In this document: positions 28,101-36,419 of the stretch, piece after piece | How the letters are laid out: each line of letters starts with the position of its first letter | Position numbering within the stretch: position 1 is the stretch's first letter | Position numbers and translations under genes: made by a program | Notes under the pieces: generated by a model | Told to the model about the DNA's origin: nothing | Database searches by the model: none | What the model saw: the letters and a program-made list of their open reading frames with translations, nothing else | Source: a virus | Lineage: Duplodnaviria > Caudoviricetes | Reading direction: 5' to 3' (one strand) | Virus record (IMG/VR): IMGVR_UViG_3300017778_000538 | Coordinates: 1 to 49,830 of that record | Length of the DNA: 49,830 bases

Positions 28101-29027
28101 TGTAACGGCTATGCGTTTGCCAATGTCCAGCGCCAAGCTATTGAGGGTCTTTTCCCCAATTTTCAAAGAGTCAAGACCAATTTTATTGACAAAGTAATCC
28201 GCAACGCCGTGCACAATAGCAGCAGGGACTATTCGGGCTAACTCAACTTCATCAACGCTCTTACCTTGTTTTTCGGCTTCTTCAATAGCCCGTCCAGTGA
28301 CTTCGCCAGTGCCGTACATACCAGCTTGGGCCACCATACCTGTTGTAGCGCCTATTGATTTACCCTTAGACTTGACGTATTGTTTGCCAGCAGCCTTACT
28401 TGCATCTGCAAATACTCGTTTAGCCTCAGCCTCTACAAATTTAGCGCCAGCTTCCTCTGCAATTTGTTTTGCAGCGGCTTTGGTAGCGCCTGCGGCAATG
28501 GCTTTCTTAGCCTCAGCCTCAATAACATTTTCAGCGGCTTCTTTGATGCCCTGTTTAATTAAAGTTTTACCTACAACGCCAGCCGCCGCGCCGGGAATAG
28601 AAGCAACACCGCCACCAGCAACCGCGCCAATACCCATGAAAGCAAGTGTTTCGGCAATGTTTCCTACACCAGCGCCAATTTGGTACGGTAGCCAGTCAGT
28701 CAAAACTGTACCAATACCTTTGTCAAAGGCGTTGCTAAAGGAGTCAGATTCTTTACCGATTTGACGGGCTTTGCCAGCTACAGCGGTGTCCATACCGCCT
28801 TTAACTAAGTCTTTATCACCAGACAGTAGCCCAGCAAATGCCTTGGCATTACCAAAACTTTCTTGAATTTGTCCGGGTATGTTGCCTATGCCACGGAAAA
28901 AATCACTGCCCCCTGCCTCGGCTTGGGGCGCTACAGCCACTTCCTTTGGTGCTTCCGCAGCATCAAACTGATCGAAGAAATTCCCCTTTGCTGGGGTTTC
29001 GTCGAACTTATCAAAGAAATTAGCCAT
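22167..29027 (-). CDS. Giant internal virion/ejection protein, polyvalent-type, with a zincin motif and an LPD38-like C-terminus
   Basis: 2286 aa, last gene of the late operon; LLHEFVH followed by a downstream E; hydrophobic C-terminal region; N-terminal NFFDxFD repeats. Confidence 0.75.
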   Translation of the reverse strand: MANFFDKFDETPAKGNFFDQFDAAEAPKEVAVAPQAEAGGSDFFRGIGNIPGQIQESFGNAKAFAGLLSGDKDLVKGGMDTAVAGKARQIGKESDSFSNAFDKGIGTVLTDWLPYQIGAGVGNIAETLAFMGIGAVAGGGVASIPGAAAGVVGKTLIKQGIKEAAENVIEAEAKKAIAAGATKAAAKQIAEEAGAKFVEAEAKRVFADASKAAGKQYVKSKGKSIGATTGMVAQAGMYGTGEVTGRAIEEAEKQGKSVDEVELARIVPAAIVHGVADYFVNKIGLDSLKIGEKTLNSLALDIGKRIAVTGTKQIPAEEIQTIAERYGASLSLTDAAAVKEYVDTAAASIAMAVAPGAVGGVRTNLSNKIINSIKEQRETELNQTEEQLKRASTSVAGMPEDQTLPDTPEFTAAFKAATQQLGEEAPPASEIPVTTDETQTAGLPVTETLQGTTTDGNETTETVKTETKGQQTSAATVNQLAREEQKNAGWNEAWPFAPIDLANADFLELIKNDVNLTDEEKIKILDAGKKLGVVSKNEQIKPPTSQTQQKDEALKPKTIADLSEVQQAEINRRRNELVEIAMDNGADSKAYIKKSKYLADMLSGLGVTESGKLSAKRTKEGYLPVEKLIKEGSQATAETQDTTPAYKGTDVAGAMEQAGKVEKREEEERQKAYDESLGRTPRKYDISEADTKLYNDTRDEVNKSAEESNARRLELIKQHDDAAAGLKAIENQIDELPDDGGDAMVASPEEIKLQEEHKKALGKLLTAEAALDKHGPELRFLPEYTKNFPPHMKDVYFGNITQGGSGRNEHRKAAKALQEYLQKIGGREKENISDQDRVKVNHYEENRAEYSRLFGVRFPRWQDLTEGQKKTYDREVTNNAGIQQDVGFAKLGVKLIEDSSEFTEGQKRELQNTLDRKEKVRIESLAQQAKDKKAREEHARVVSPLTGDKLLPPAVIEMIMNGDAPGVLQYLTTLGGTQGTNAYKKLQGSVAIALNGLKLNTKIKLVDSSKINDDLAQYDPKTDTILITQEGLSNHTLLHEFVHAGTVKVINEYLYGNRKSLTPQQLKGVEHLQKIMDITRPMLETDHPEAYKNLFEFVGYSLSDKVLQDDLRDATVTAEISTELNKNEKFIEALNFLGKPIGIEESILPRDGSAWSGFKIAVASIINFGRRAFTKNKKVSYTPEFLMETFAAFDDILAKPTEPIFLPMLSGKEKKQADQAEKKAKAELHVPKLGEVDPAYALKETEVPEPFTNKVKEVRTINGWQKIARLFADDRYPIKNWERERAMSGLIKGLSAGKNYMNNIYEQIILATGDARNFYHVYIEPAATMLDQAVGEFAKGAGYTAKRAVEELHKILEAVHEPERRMVKYLLSVPLKPIAAARREQIIKLLDNNKMSVAQAKQLRIALEDIVLEKDAKGEIVLGNDGYPKPNMKYVDPLGSSSRSKTMGGEAVPFNINFDAESYNATGIELNAARDIRKQLETHPQATEIKMVMEALQKLHQETTSLNKLANYWSQPVSNRVAFYGFENYVPLKGKPNPQRVDEDLDFDTMGGNGKELQESPGTMDGRFSVSNNPILQTMTDATRAAMRAGRRNLTQAIKNSLDYDKEKNPYGQNALKGYVKQTIKFEERNTVDLADLKGETTIFHYNEDGSIDILVVQDEKLRNSIRRSYKDTNVFVDYANKITSGLGQMHTRYNYQFAPMNFVRDTLANAWNISASEMGPVEAARYLKDVTAQVVGKAGLYKAMQVAMLYKKGDEKSLLALQNLSDKDPYIRDMVEFIRQGGMVSYMQGISLKSNFDQLNKSIGASGIVTKKEDVEKLLDTWSDMFELASRGSAYSIAKNNFSKTMSEQDAKTKAAVFTKNLANFEQVGEWGKGMGAMFMFFRPSATGAVRAVESFAPAFMKLSDAVNRLSPDIAANETAKAEYIKNFKQLQKNARITTAALTGMGIMAYAMAQMFSDDDDLGRNAVATDNMDQWTRYARFHVPRAIWEGMGLKKPLVFQLPWGFGGGAFAAAGSQMASVVAGSQPLGPALINIGTTIAMDSFMPIPVSRISLREKPLEFFVDSIMPSFLRPIVEFSMNTDGLGRDINSTFQRRLGDAYTGKDSTPEAWKDAAAFMHDATDGGIDISPSTLHFFTNSYIDGVARIGETAYGLHDLTKGQKDFDPKTDIPLFGSFFGTRSNYDARQFSSVETKIKNIEKVLNTYKDDPDKLAEYKDKHPTYATVVKMYNTQLNQQLNPLRARNNEIRRDKDLTRSDREAMLRENAFRENLAKSRMIDTFKDYDVEP

Positions 29028-29028
29028 G

Positions 29029-31326
29029 TTATTGTCCTAGTACTTTAGCTGCCGCGCCTTTTCCAAATTTTAAATCATATTGACTGGCTAAGCTAGGATT
29101 GGCTTTTAGCGCAGCAACTGCAGCGGCGGGTGCTGCTACAGCAGGGTTGGCAGTTGTTTTAGGCGTTGCCTTACCACCGGGTTGGTATTGGTCTACAAGA
29201 TCATCGGCTCTTTGTTTTCTAGTATTTAAACGGGTGTCTGTATCAGTTATGTATTTCTGTGCTTTTTCAACGCGGGCTTTCTTTGCTGGAGTATCGGGAA
29301 CTAATTTAGCATCCTCTAGCGCTGTCAAATATGCTGGGTCTTTTCTTGCTCTATCTATAGATGCGTCTACTTTTTCAGCTAAATTCATAGCTGAAAATAA
29401 ATTTCTATTTACAGAGTTGTCATTTCGGCCCGCGCCGCCAGCGCCTTTACGAGGTTGAGCAATACTGGCAATCCCTCTAAGCATACTAGCGCTAGCCTTG
29501 TCTCTGTTGCTACCAGCGTTAAACACATCAAGTTTAGCTTTTTGAGCCAGTGCCGCATCTTTTCTAGCCTCGCTAGTTAAGCCCATTTGCTCTTTACGTT
29601 TTGCTTCACCCATGTGGAACCGCATTTTTGCAATAGCTTGTTCTTGGTCTTCTTCAGCTTTTAACGCTGCGCCGTAAGATTCACCAGCATCTGCAACGCC
29701 CGCACCAAAGCCACGCGCAAGGTTATTGCCTTTAAGGATAGTTTTGGCAAACTGAAACGCCGCTAGCCCTTTAGCTTGCTCTAATCTTTTGTCCCGACCA
29801 GCTTCCTTCTTCTTTATGCTTTCTTCATAGCCTTTATAAGGGTCCTCAGTTACGCCTTCCATCTGAATTTCACGAGAAGCCTTTCTAGCCGCTTTTGCGT
29901 CTTCCGGCGTAAACTCTTTGAACTCTCGCTTAGCGTTGTTCTTATACAGGTCCATCATAGTTTGGACAGCTTCATTGTAGATTTTGGGATTGCCCTGTGT
30001 TGAAGTGCCTAGTTGAGCTAGTTGCATGGGGTTAGTAAGGTCAGGGTCTACATAACTTCCATCTTCCTCTTCATTCCCATTAAAAGCAACAATGCCGCCA
30101 CGGGCCGCACTCAATGTAGTCGGCATCATTTTGTTCATATTTACAGGTAGAGACGCAAGGCCACCACGTTGTATAGAAGCACGGAGCCCTTCTTCCTTAA
30201 CAATTACCTCGAGTTTTACTTTATCCCCACTAGCTTCCGCCGCTTGCTTAGCTTGAGCTAGTTCTTGGTCATCTAAACCACGCACAAATTCTGCAATGTT
30301 GTCTTCATCGGTTACGCTTTTTTCTTTATCTATGTAACCACCCTTGGCAAAGAACTTACTTAGTCCATACGCAGTAGACGCAAGAGAACCCAATGACTGC
30401 AGCCCAGACGGAGACCCTTCGTTGTAAGTAGTTGTACCTGTGCTTGTAGTTCCAAGTGGTAGGCCGTTAATCATGTTTGCCATGTAACCCAACTGCTGTT
30501 GTGGGTAATTCTTCTGGTTCATGAAGTCTTGATAGGCTTGAGTAAGGCCCTGTTGATTCATAGACTGCTCTTGAGCGCCGTAAGCTGACTGAAGCTTATT
30601 GATGTCTACACCTTGCTGGAACTGTTGACCGCCAAGAGTACCAAGAGTATTTGCTGCATTAGAAGCAAGTTGTAGTCCTTGAAGGCCACGGTTTTGATCG
30701 GCGTTAAATTGGTTCTGGGCGTTTGTGTACGCAAGTTGGCTACCTTGCGCCTGAATGTCGCCCATCTGAGAACCAAGATTGCGTTCGCGTTCAGCACGCA
30801 TAATTGCGTCACGACTACCACCAAAGGCTCCGGCTTGGGCGGCTTGTGCTTGTTGTTGAGTTCCTTGGATACCGGACTGGCGCTGAGCTTCGCGTTTTTG
30901 GATATCAACTACATTCTGAATGTAGGGGCTCATATACTGGTCAGCTTGAGCATTACCAAATGTTTGGTTGTTTAGGCCACCCATACCTGCCGCACCTGCT
31001 AAACCAATACCAGCGCCGGTAGCTCCGCTTGTTTGCATGCCTGCGGCGGTATTCTTAGCCTGCTCTTGCAATGGACTAAATCCAGCAATGCGTGGGCCGC
31101 CGTATGCTTCGTATGGACGATTTGATAACGCTTGCTGTTTGGCTAAGGTGTCTTGCGCATAGGGAAGCGCCCAAGCAGGTAAACCTGTAGTTTTTTCGGC
31201 AGTGGTAGTGGGGGCTGAACCGCCGCCGCCTTGAGGAATAATTCCACCGCCAGCTTTGCGGATAAAGGCGCGGGGGGGCAAGTCTGGAATGCCCAGCAAA
31301 GCCATTGAACGGTCATTAAATTTCAT
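29029..31326 (-). CDS. Internal virion/DNA ejection protein
   Basis: Gln/Ala/Gly-rich helical protein with YMSPY and GAFGGSR motifs; typical position before the giant gene. Confidence 0.7.
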   Translation of the reverse strand: MKFNDRSMALLGIPDLPPRAFIRKAGGGIIPQGGGGSAPTTTAEKTTGLPAWALPYAQDTLAKQQALSNRPYEAYGGPRIAGFSPLQEQAKNTAAGMQTSGATGAGIGLAGAAGMGGLNNQTFGNAQADQYMSPYIQNVVDIQKREAQRQSGIQGTQQQAQAAQAGAFGGSRDAIMRAERERNLGSQMGDIQAQGSQLAYTNAQNQFNADQNRGLQGLQLASNAANTLGTLGGQQFQQGVDINKLQSAYGAQEQSMNQQGLTQAYQDFMNQKNYPQQQLGYMANMINGLPLGTTSTGTTTYNEGSPSGLQSLGSLASTAYGLSKFFAKGGYIDKEKSVTDEDNIAEFVRGLDDQELAQAKQAAEASGDKVKLEVIVKEEGLRASIQRGGLASLPVNMNKMMPTTLSAARGGIVAFNGNEEEDGSYVDPDLTNPMQLAQLGTSTQGNPKIYNEAVQTMMDLYKNNAKREFKEFTPEDAKAARKASREIQMEGVTEDPYKGYEESIKKKEAGRDKRLEQAKGLAAFQFAKTILKGNNLARGFGAGVADAGESYGAALKAEEDQEQAIAKMRFHMGEAKRKEQMGLTSEARKDAALAQKAKLDVFNAGSNRDKASASMLRGIASIAQPRKGAGGAGRNDNSVNRNLFSAMNLAEKVDASIDRARKDPAYLTALEDAKLVPDTPAKKARVEKAQKYITDTDTRLNTRKQRADDLVDQYQPGGKATPKTTANPAVAAPAAAVAALKANPSLASQYDLKFGKGAAAKVLGQ

Positions 31327-31730
31327 AGTTTTACCCCAACAATACGGTATTTTTCTTCAAAGCCATAACGCTTCCAAAGCCTAGCAATTGACTCTCTAGC
31401 AGCACCTTCGATAGCTGTAGCACCCATAGACCTTGCGTAGGTTTTTAGTTGCTCGAACGTATCGACATTACTGACTAGCTTGCCGCCAATAGCGGTAATA
31501 AATGCAACCCGATCATCAGGGCGATTAAAAAACTCAACTGTTGCTGCGCCGTGTAACTCACCATCGTCGCCTACACCGACTAGCAGTATCCATTTTCCTT
31601 GGGTAACAAATACCTTAGCCTGCTCTACTGTGTAGTCTCCGCTAGAGTGCGCAAGTGCGTCGGCAATGTACCCTTCAACCTTACTCCAAGTATAGTTCAC
31701 CCATTCAGGGGAGACATACTGAATTTTCAT
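31323..31730 (-). CDS. Acetyltransferase-like (GNAT-fold) virion-module protein
   Basis: AFITAIGG...IEG.AR...RLWKRYGF; lies next to the ejection genes. Confidence 0.6.
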   Translation of the reverse strand: MKIQYVSPEWVNYTWSKVEGYIADALAHSSGDYTVEQAKVFVTQGKWILLVGVGDDGELHGAATVEFFNRPDDRVAFITAIGGKLVSNVDTFEQLKTYARSMGATAIEGAARESIARLWKRYGFEEKYRIVGVKL

Positions 31731-33361
31731 GCTGGCAGGTTCTTGTCCGAACGGCTATTCGTTGCAACTTTGCCTTTACCAACTGTCTTTTTACGCCCAG
31801 CTTGGATACGGTCTAGCATTGCATATAGCTTACGAGCACCAGCATCAGTCGAGCCATTGCCGAGTTCTGAGACGATACGAGCAGGTACTACGAATTCACC
31901 GTCGGCTAACCGAGCAGGGCGCTTGCCGCCAATGCTGGCAGGGATGGAATCAGATACGCCGTCGCCGGGGCCACGTAGTAAACGACCGCCGTCAGAGTAA
32001 CCGCCAAGATCACCCAACCCACCACCCGCAAAATTTGAAATACCGCCAGAGGCCATACCACGAGGTCCATAACGAGGCGTGAGGTCCTCCTTGTCGATAC
32101 CTGAATGTTTTTTGGCAAAATCAATTCCATCTTTGTAGATTTCGTAGGCATGTGCATCGTCCCCTTCTTGGATGGCTTTGTAGGCAGGCTTAATAAAGTC
32201 GCTGTACATTTTTTTGTACACTTTATCCGCATCGGGCCTTTTGTCGAGTGCAGCCACAATGCGCGGGGCATTTTTGTAGTACCACGCAACGTCTTTGGAT
32301 TTTTCCTTGTTTTTGCGCATGTACGTATCGCGGAAATCACGGAGGGTATTAAGCACTTCCCCGTTGTCTTTTTGTTTCATGTGCGACACAGCCGCAGTAG
32401 TCAAGAAACATCCGCCGGGCCCACCACCGACACCATCAGCGCCGGTATCTTTACCAGTTTCACTATCGGAAGGAGGAGCAGCATCAACAGCGGAATCAAC
32501 ATCAGTCGTAGTAGTATCAGCAGTAGTAACGCCACTTGTAATACCTCTACTAGTAAGGCCCTCATTAGTAGCAGTAGGAGCTACTGCCCCTCCTACAGCG
32601 GTTTCACCGGGCTTACCAACACCGCCTGTACCAGCAGTGGGGGCATTAACTCCTCCGTATGAGGTGCTTGCGTTATATCCGCTAGGTAGACCTTTCATGC
32701 CTACAGTAGACGTATTTGCATTTGATATTGCATTAGCCTCCGCATCGTCAGCGGCTTGTTGTGCGGCTGTAGCAGTAATAGAATTATTAACATTAACAGG
32801 CGTTCTATCTTCTACAGTCACCAAATTAGGGTTTTGTGTTCCAAAAAGAGCTTGTAACCCCCTCATTATGGGGTTGTTCATGGGGTTAAGAAAAGATAAA
32901 TCTTTTTGTATGCGTGCACCCTGTGTAAAGTTATTAGGCACGGGAGCATATCTATCGCCAATTTCAGCATTTTCTTGAGTTTGTAAAGCTTTATCTGTTG
33001 CAGTTTCTTTATCCATGAACGCATTGATGCGGCCTTGTTCTGCTGGATTGATATCCCCACGCCCACCACGATCTTGATTTACATAGGCAGGGCTTGCTGC
33101 TATGCCAACAGGGGCTGCAGTCCCCGCTGGAACCCAAATATATTGTCCTGTTGCAGAATCGTATACGTATTTTCCGCTGGCTGGAGTTCTATCGGTACTA
33201 GTAGAAGTATTGTTTGCAATAGCCTTAGCTTCTAGGTCAGACACTGTTGATTTAGGTCCTCGCAAGGCGTAATTTGATTCGCTCCCAAAGTTTTGGTTAA
33301 ATGCGCCGTAGTCTGGTACATCAGGTAGTGGGAACCCATTAGCGTCATAGCGTTGTATCAT
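31727..33361 (-). CDS. Virion-module protein with an internal CFI-box-CTERM-like domain
   Basis: GGCFLTTA...LRDFRD...YY..AP; C-terminal GPGDGVSDSIPA...LADGEFVVPA domain. Confidence 0.7.
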   Translation of the reverse strand: MIQRYDANGFPLPDVPDYGAFNQNFGSESNYALRGPKSTVSDLEAKAIANNTSTSTDRTPASGKYVYDSATGQYIWVPAGTAAPVGIAASPAYVNQDRGGRGDINPAEQGRINAFMDKETATDKALQTQENAEIGDRYAPVPNNFTQGARIQKDLSFLNPMNNPIMRGLQALFGTQNPNLVTVEDRTPVNVNNSITATAAQQAADDAEANAISNANTSTVGMKGLPSGYNASTSYGGVNAPTAGTGGVGKPGETAVGGAVAPTATNEGLTSRGITSGVTTADTTTTDVDSAVDAAPPSDSETGKDTGADGVGGGPGGCFLTTAAVSHMKQKDNGEVLNTLRDFRDTYMRKNKEKSKDVAWYYKNAPRIVAALDKRPDADKVYKKMYSDFIKPAYKAIQEGDDAHAYEIYKDGIDFAKKHSGIDKEDLTPRYGPRGMASGGISNFAGGGLGDLGGYSDGGRLLRGPGDGVSDSIPASIGGKRPARLADGEFVVPARIVSELGNGSTDAGARKLYAMLDRIQAGRKKTVGKGKVATNSRSDKNLPA

Positions 33362-33657
33362 GTTTTTACTTTCAGTACATTACTGGCGGTTGTATCGTAG
33401 TAGACATCGCCTACTCGAAGGTTAGCTAAATCTGCCTGAGTTGGCAAGCTCGGAGTGGCTGTTCCGGGTACAGGAGGAGCGCTCAATGCCGCAATTATAT
33501 TGGCTCCAGCACGTTGTGTAGAGATGTTAACTGGGCCACTATTATCTAATTGGTTGAAATACAACCGCAGTAGGCTAGTTAACTGATCTTGGTATGCACG
33601 GTTGTACTCTTCCGGTGCTACAGGAAGGCGGGGGGCAATTACGTTCTTTTGGGCCAT
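33358..33657 (-). CDS. Small tail-associated protein
   Basis: Start moved to MAQKN; PRLP.AP.EY...LRLYFNQLD; follows the tail tube gene. Confidence 0.7.
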   Translation of the reverse strand: MAQKNVIAPRLPVAPEEYNRAYQDQLTSLLRLYFNQLDNSGPVNISTQRAGANIIAALSAPPVPGTATPSLPTQADLANLRVGDVYYDTTASNVLKVKT

Positions 33658-33658
33658 A

Positions 33659-35755
33659 TTAACGTCTGCCGTCAGGCCGCACATCAACCCGTGGACTACC
33701 TAGCTGCCACTGAGTACCGAGTGTATTTGAGGTAATCCGCATAGACATCTGACGACCGCGTACACGGATATTAATTTGCCCTGTAAAGGTGTCTAAGTCA
33801 ATTGGGTATGTCTGCGTAGCTGTTACGGGCAACGATGCTGTGGCGCTTGTACCGCCTACTGACAGGGGGTTGTTGTACCCCGAACCAGAGTTCTGCAGAG
33901 GCAAAAGCTGCATAGTCAAGCTAGGCGTAGTCCCGTCTGTAGAGCCACGGAAGGTCAAGTCAGGCAGCATACGCCACGCAAACGCCATGTTGTGCCCATC
34001 ACCAATGTCAAACTGCGAGCTTGTAATGCTAGCTTCAATGGCTGCAGGGTTAGCTCCAATGTTGTCGTCTACACCAGACTCGTGGTCAACGAGGTTGTAT
34101 GCGTAAGTAGCTGCTATAGGGTAATCCCTTAGTCCGGAGTCTAGCCATGCAGTGCGAGCCAAATTACCGTACATCCAGATGTCTTCGGAGTAATTGTAGA
34201 TTACGTAGCGATCCACAGTAAAGCTGTTTGCCGAACAATAGAACCACCAGACCTCGTTAAAACCTTCACTTGTGCTGGCAAAAATCTGGTCGGCTTGCTG
34301 CAAGTTAATGTCGTTAAAGATGTATTGACGCACGTCGCAACGCAGGGTCTGAACCCGTCCGTCGTACTTGTAAAACTTATCTATGCCCATCCAGTAGGTA
34401 ATACCGGAGCCAATAGCAGCGGCGGTAGACGATATGATTGATATGTTGTCGGCAATAAGTTGTGTTCCCCAGACATAAGGCGGGCCAAGGTACTGCAGTG
34501 AATAAATGGTTGAGTCCGTCCAAACCACAATCTCTTGGCGGCTTTGCAGTGCCGTGACAATTCTGGAGCCGTGGGACAAGCGAACACTACCTGCTTGATT
34601 TGTAATTGCAGGTGCCCACTCTAAGTACGACTCTTGGTCTGACCAGCGAATAAGCATGGGGTCAGACTCTGTACTACCAAAATCATTGGTTCCAAAACAA
34701 ATAACAAACCGACTTGCGTCAGAAATAATAAAGTAATTTTGTGTTAGGGGGACGCTTGAAGCTCCGTTTAGCTCTGTAAGCGCAATCATCCGTGGGGAAA
34801 TAGTGTGATCCCCAGATTGTGACCCTGACGTATTGATAAGCGCCCCAGTAGGAGTAGCCGACAAATTAAACGTAGTACTCGATAAGTACCGTGTGTAGTA
34901 TATTGTTCCAACAACAAGCCCTGTGGGAAGCGCCCCAGTAGTTTGTAGCGTAATGGCAGTCTTGTCAGGTAGGTTGACAACGCTAGTGCCTACGCAAGGT
35001 GTTGCAATGGTAAGAGTTATGCCGGTGCCTACGTAACCTATATTTGCGCTCCATAAGTACAAGGGGTCAGTGCTAGGCCCGCACAGCAAATCTTGCCCAA
35101 AGTTATTTTGATTCCAAAGGCGCATAGGCTGAGTAGAGTTGGCGCTAGTGCCCCATACACCGGAACTCCAAGTACCTGAACCCCAGCCTGTCAACGGAAC
35201 TTCATAGGGCGGGCCAATGTTAATTTGGTATACGGCATAGACCGTACCGCCGCCAGTAGTTGAGGAAGTCGCTGCAGAAGCGGCTGTAATCGTATAGTTG
35301 TTAGTGCCAGTGGAAGTTATCTCGTACTCGCCAAGGATTGTTAAGCCGCCCACTGCTGTACCGCCGTAGAACGTAACGTAATCACCAAGGTTGTACCCAC
35401 TAGCAGCGTCAGCAACTGTAACGGTAGTAGACAGATTTACGGTAGTAAACGGATTGGTTAGCGTAGATGTTGCGCGGATAGGGGTAACGTCGTAGTAAGC
35501 TCCGCCGTTCTGGATATAGAACTTTACGTTTGTGCCTACCCCAATCAAATTCTGAGCACCTAACGTAACCCAATTCCAAAGTGACCGACATACGCCTATG
35601 AAAGTATTGGCAGAGATGCGTGTCCACCCACCGATCTTTTCTGGTGTGCCCTGACGGAACCTAACTTTGTCCGACTCGTAATAGCCGCCCTCGGTGGTGT
35701 ACCGAGTGTTCTCGCGGTTAATACCGGGTCTTAGGGTAATCTTTTGTAAGGGCAT
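33659..35755 (-). CDS. Tail tube/nozzle protein (P22 gp10 / T7 gp12-like)
   Basis: 698-aa beta-rich protein; VRF..G.PEKIGGW, IRWSDQE, EVWWFY and terminal DGRR. Confidence 0.7.
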   Translation of the reverse strand: MPLQKITLRPGINRENTRYTTEGGYYESDKVRFRQGTPEKIGGWTRISANTFIGVCRSLWNWVTLGAQNLIGVGTNVKFYIQNGGAYYDVTPIRATSTLTNPFTTVNLSTTVTVADAASGYNLGDYVTFYGGTAVGGLTILGEYEITSTGTNNYTITAASAATSSTTGGGTVYAVYQINIGPPYEVPLTGWGSGTWSSGVWGTSANSTQPMRLWNQNNFGQDLLCGPSTDPLYLWSANIGYVGTGITLTIATPCVGTSVVNLPDKTAITLQTTGALPTGLVVGTIYYTRYLSSTTFNLSATPTGALINTSGSQSGDHTISPRMIALTELNGASSVPLTQNYFIISDASRFVICFGTNDFGSTESDPMLIRWSDQESYLEWAPAITNQAGSVRLSHGSRIVTALQSRQEIVVWTDSTIYSLQYLGPPYVWGTQLIADNISIISSTAAAIGSGITYWMGIDKFYKYDGRVQTLRCDVRQYIFNDINLQQADQIFASTSEGFNEVWWFYCSANSFTVDRYVIYNYSEDIWMYGNLARTAWLDSGLRDYPIAATYAYNLVDHESGVDDNIGANPAAIEASITSSQFDIGDGHNMAFAWRMLPDLTFRGSTDGTTPSLTMQLLPLQNSGSGYNNPLSVGGTSATASLPVTATQTYPIDLDTFTGQINIRVRGRQMSMRITSNTLGTQWQLGSPRVDVRPDGRR

Positions 35756-35773
35756 GGCTCATTTTCCCATGAA

Positions 35774-36205
35774 TTAGGCAAAAGGTCGAGTACCTGCTTT
35801 GTCGATGATAAGCGCATTGCCTCTGGGTTCTGCATCTTCTGTGTTGGGTATGCTGATGTGAGTCCAACGGTCAAACTCACGAATAATTTGGTCAAAGGGT
35901 AAACCCGCAGCAATCACGGCACGGACTACCTCGTCTGGAGTTACACCGGGCACTCGGAGGTCAGCCGCGCACCCCTTACGATGCTGAGACTTGTCAGAAC
36001 TTCCAACTGCGTCATTGACCTGCTTACTGCGGAAGGCAGAGTTAATCATGATAGGCTTGCCGCCAAGGGTTTCCTTGACCTGCTCCAGCAGTTGCGCCAA
36101 GCGTTGCAGGTTGCTTATTTCTTCCTGTGTCGGGCTGTTGTCAAACTCGCGGTGGTCGGTGACTGTAAGTTCCGCAAGGGTGAAATGCTTACTTAGGCTT
36201 GTCAT
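35774..36205 (-). CDS. Peptidase M15A endolysin
   Basis: LSKHFTL.E, INSAFR, SQH..GCAAD and WTHIS zinc-peptidase motifs. Confidence 0.9.
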   Translation of the reverse strand: MTSLSKHFTLAELTVTDHREFDNSPTQEEISNLQRLAQLLEQVKETLGGKPIMINSAFRSKQVNDAVGSSDKSQHRKGCAADLRVPGVTPDEVVRAVIAAGLPFDQIIREFDRWTHISIPNTEDAEPRGNALIIDKAGTRPFA

Positions 36206-36419
36206 TTCCGTTTTCTCCTATTTTGATACCAGTAATAAGGCCGAGAAACCCGCCAACAATGGTTTGAAACGCAGGGCCAACAATTCCAAACAGTTTGTCG
36301 TTATCGACTAGCACGTCAAAGAACCCAAACATAAACACGAATACCATTGACAGCACAGTAAGCGACAGAGTGACGGACGCAATCAAAGTAACCCATTGGG
36401 ATAGTTGTTCTCTGCTCAT
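36189..36419 (-). CDS. Two-TM membrane protein, holin/antiholin candidate
   Basis: Two hydrophobic segments; adjacent to the endolysin. Confidence 0.65.
   Translation of the reverse strand: MSREQLSQWVTLIASVTLSLTVLSMVFVFMFGFFDVLVDNDKLFGIVGPAFQTIVGGFLGLITGIKIGENGNDKPK

Noticed and set aside
32080-32420. Intein or Hint domain starting at GGCF
   Set aside because: No TxxH block or terminal HN motif; the downstream sequence fits a helical CFI-box-like domain.
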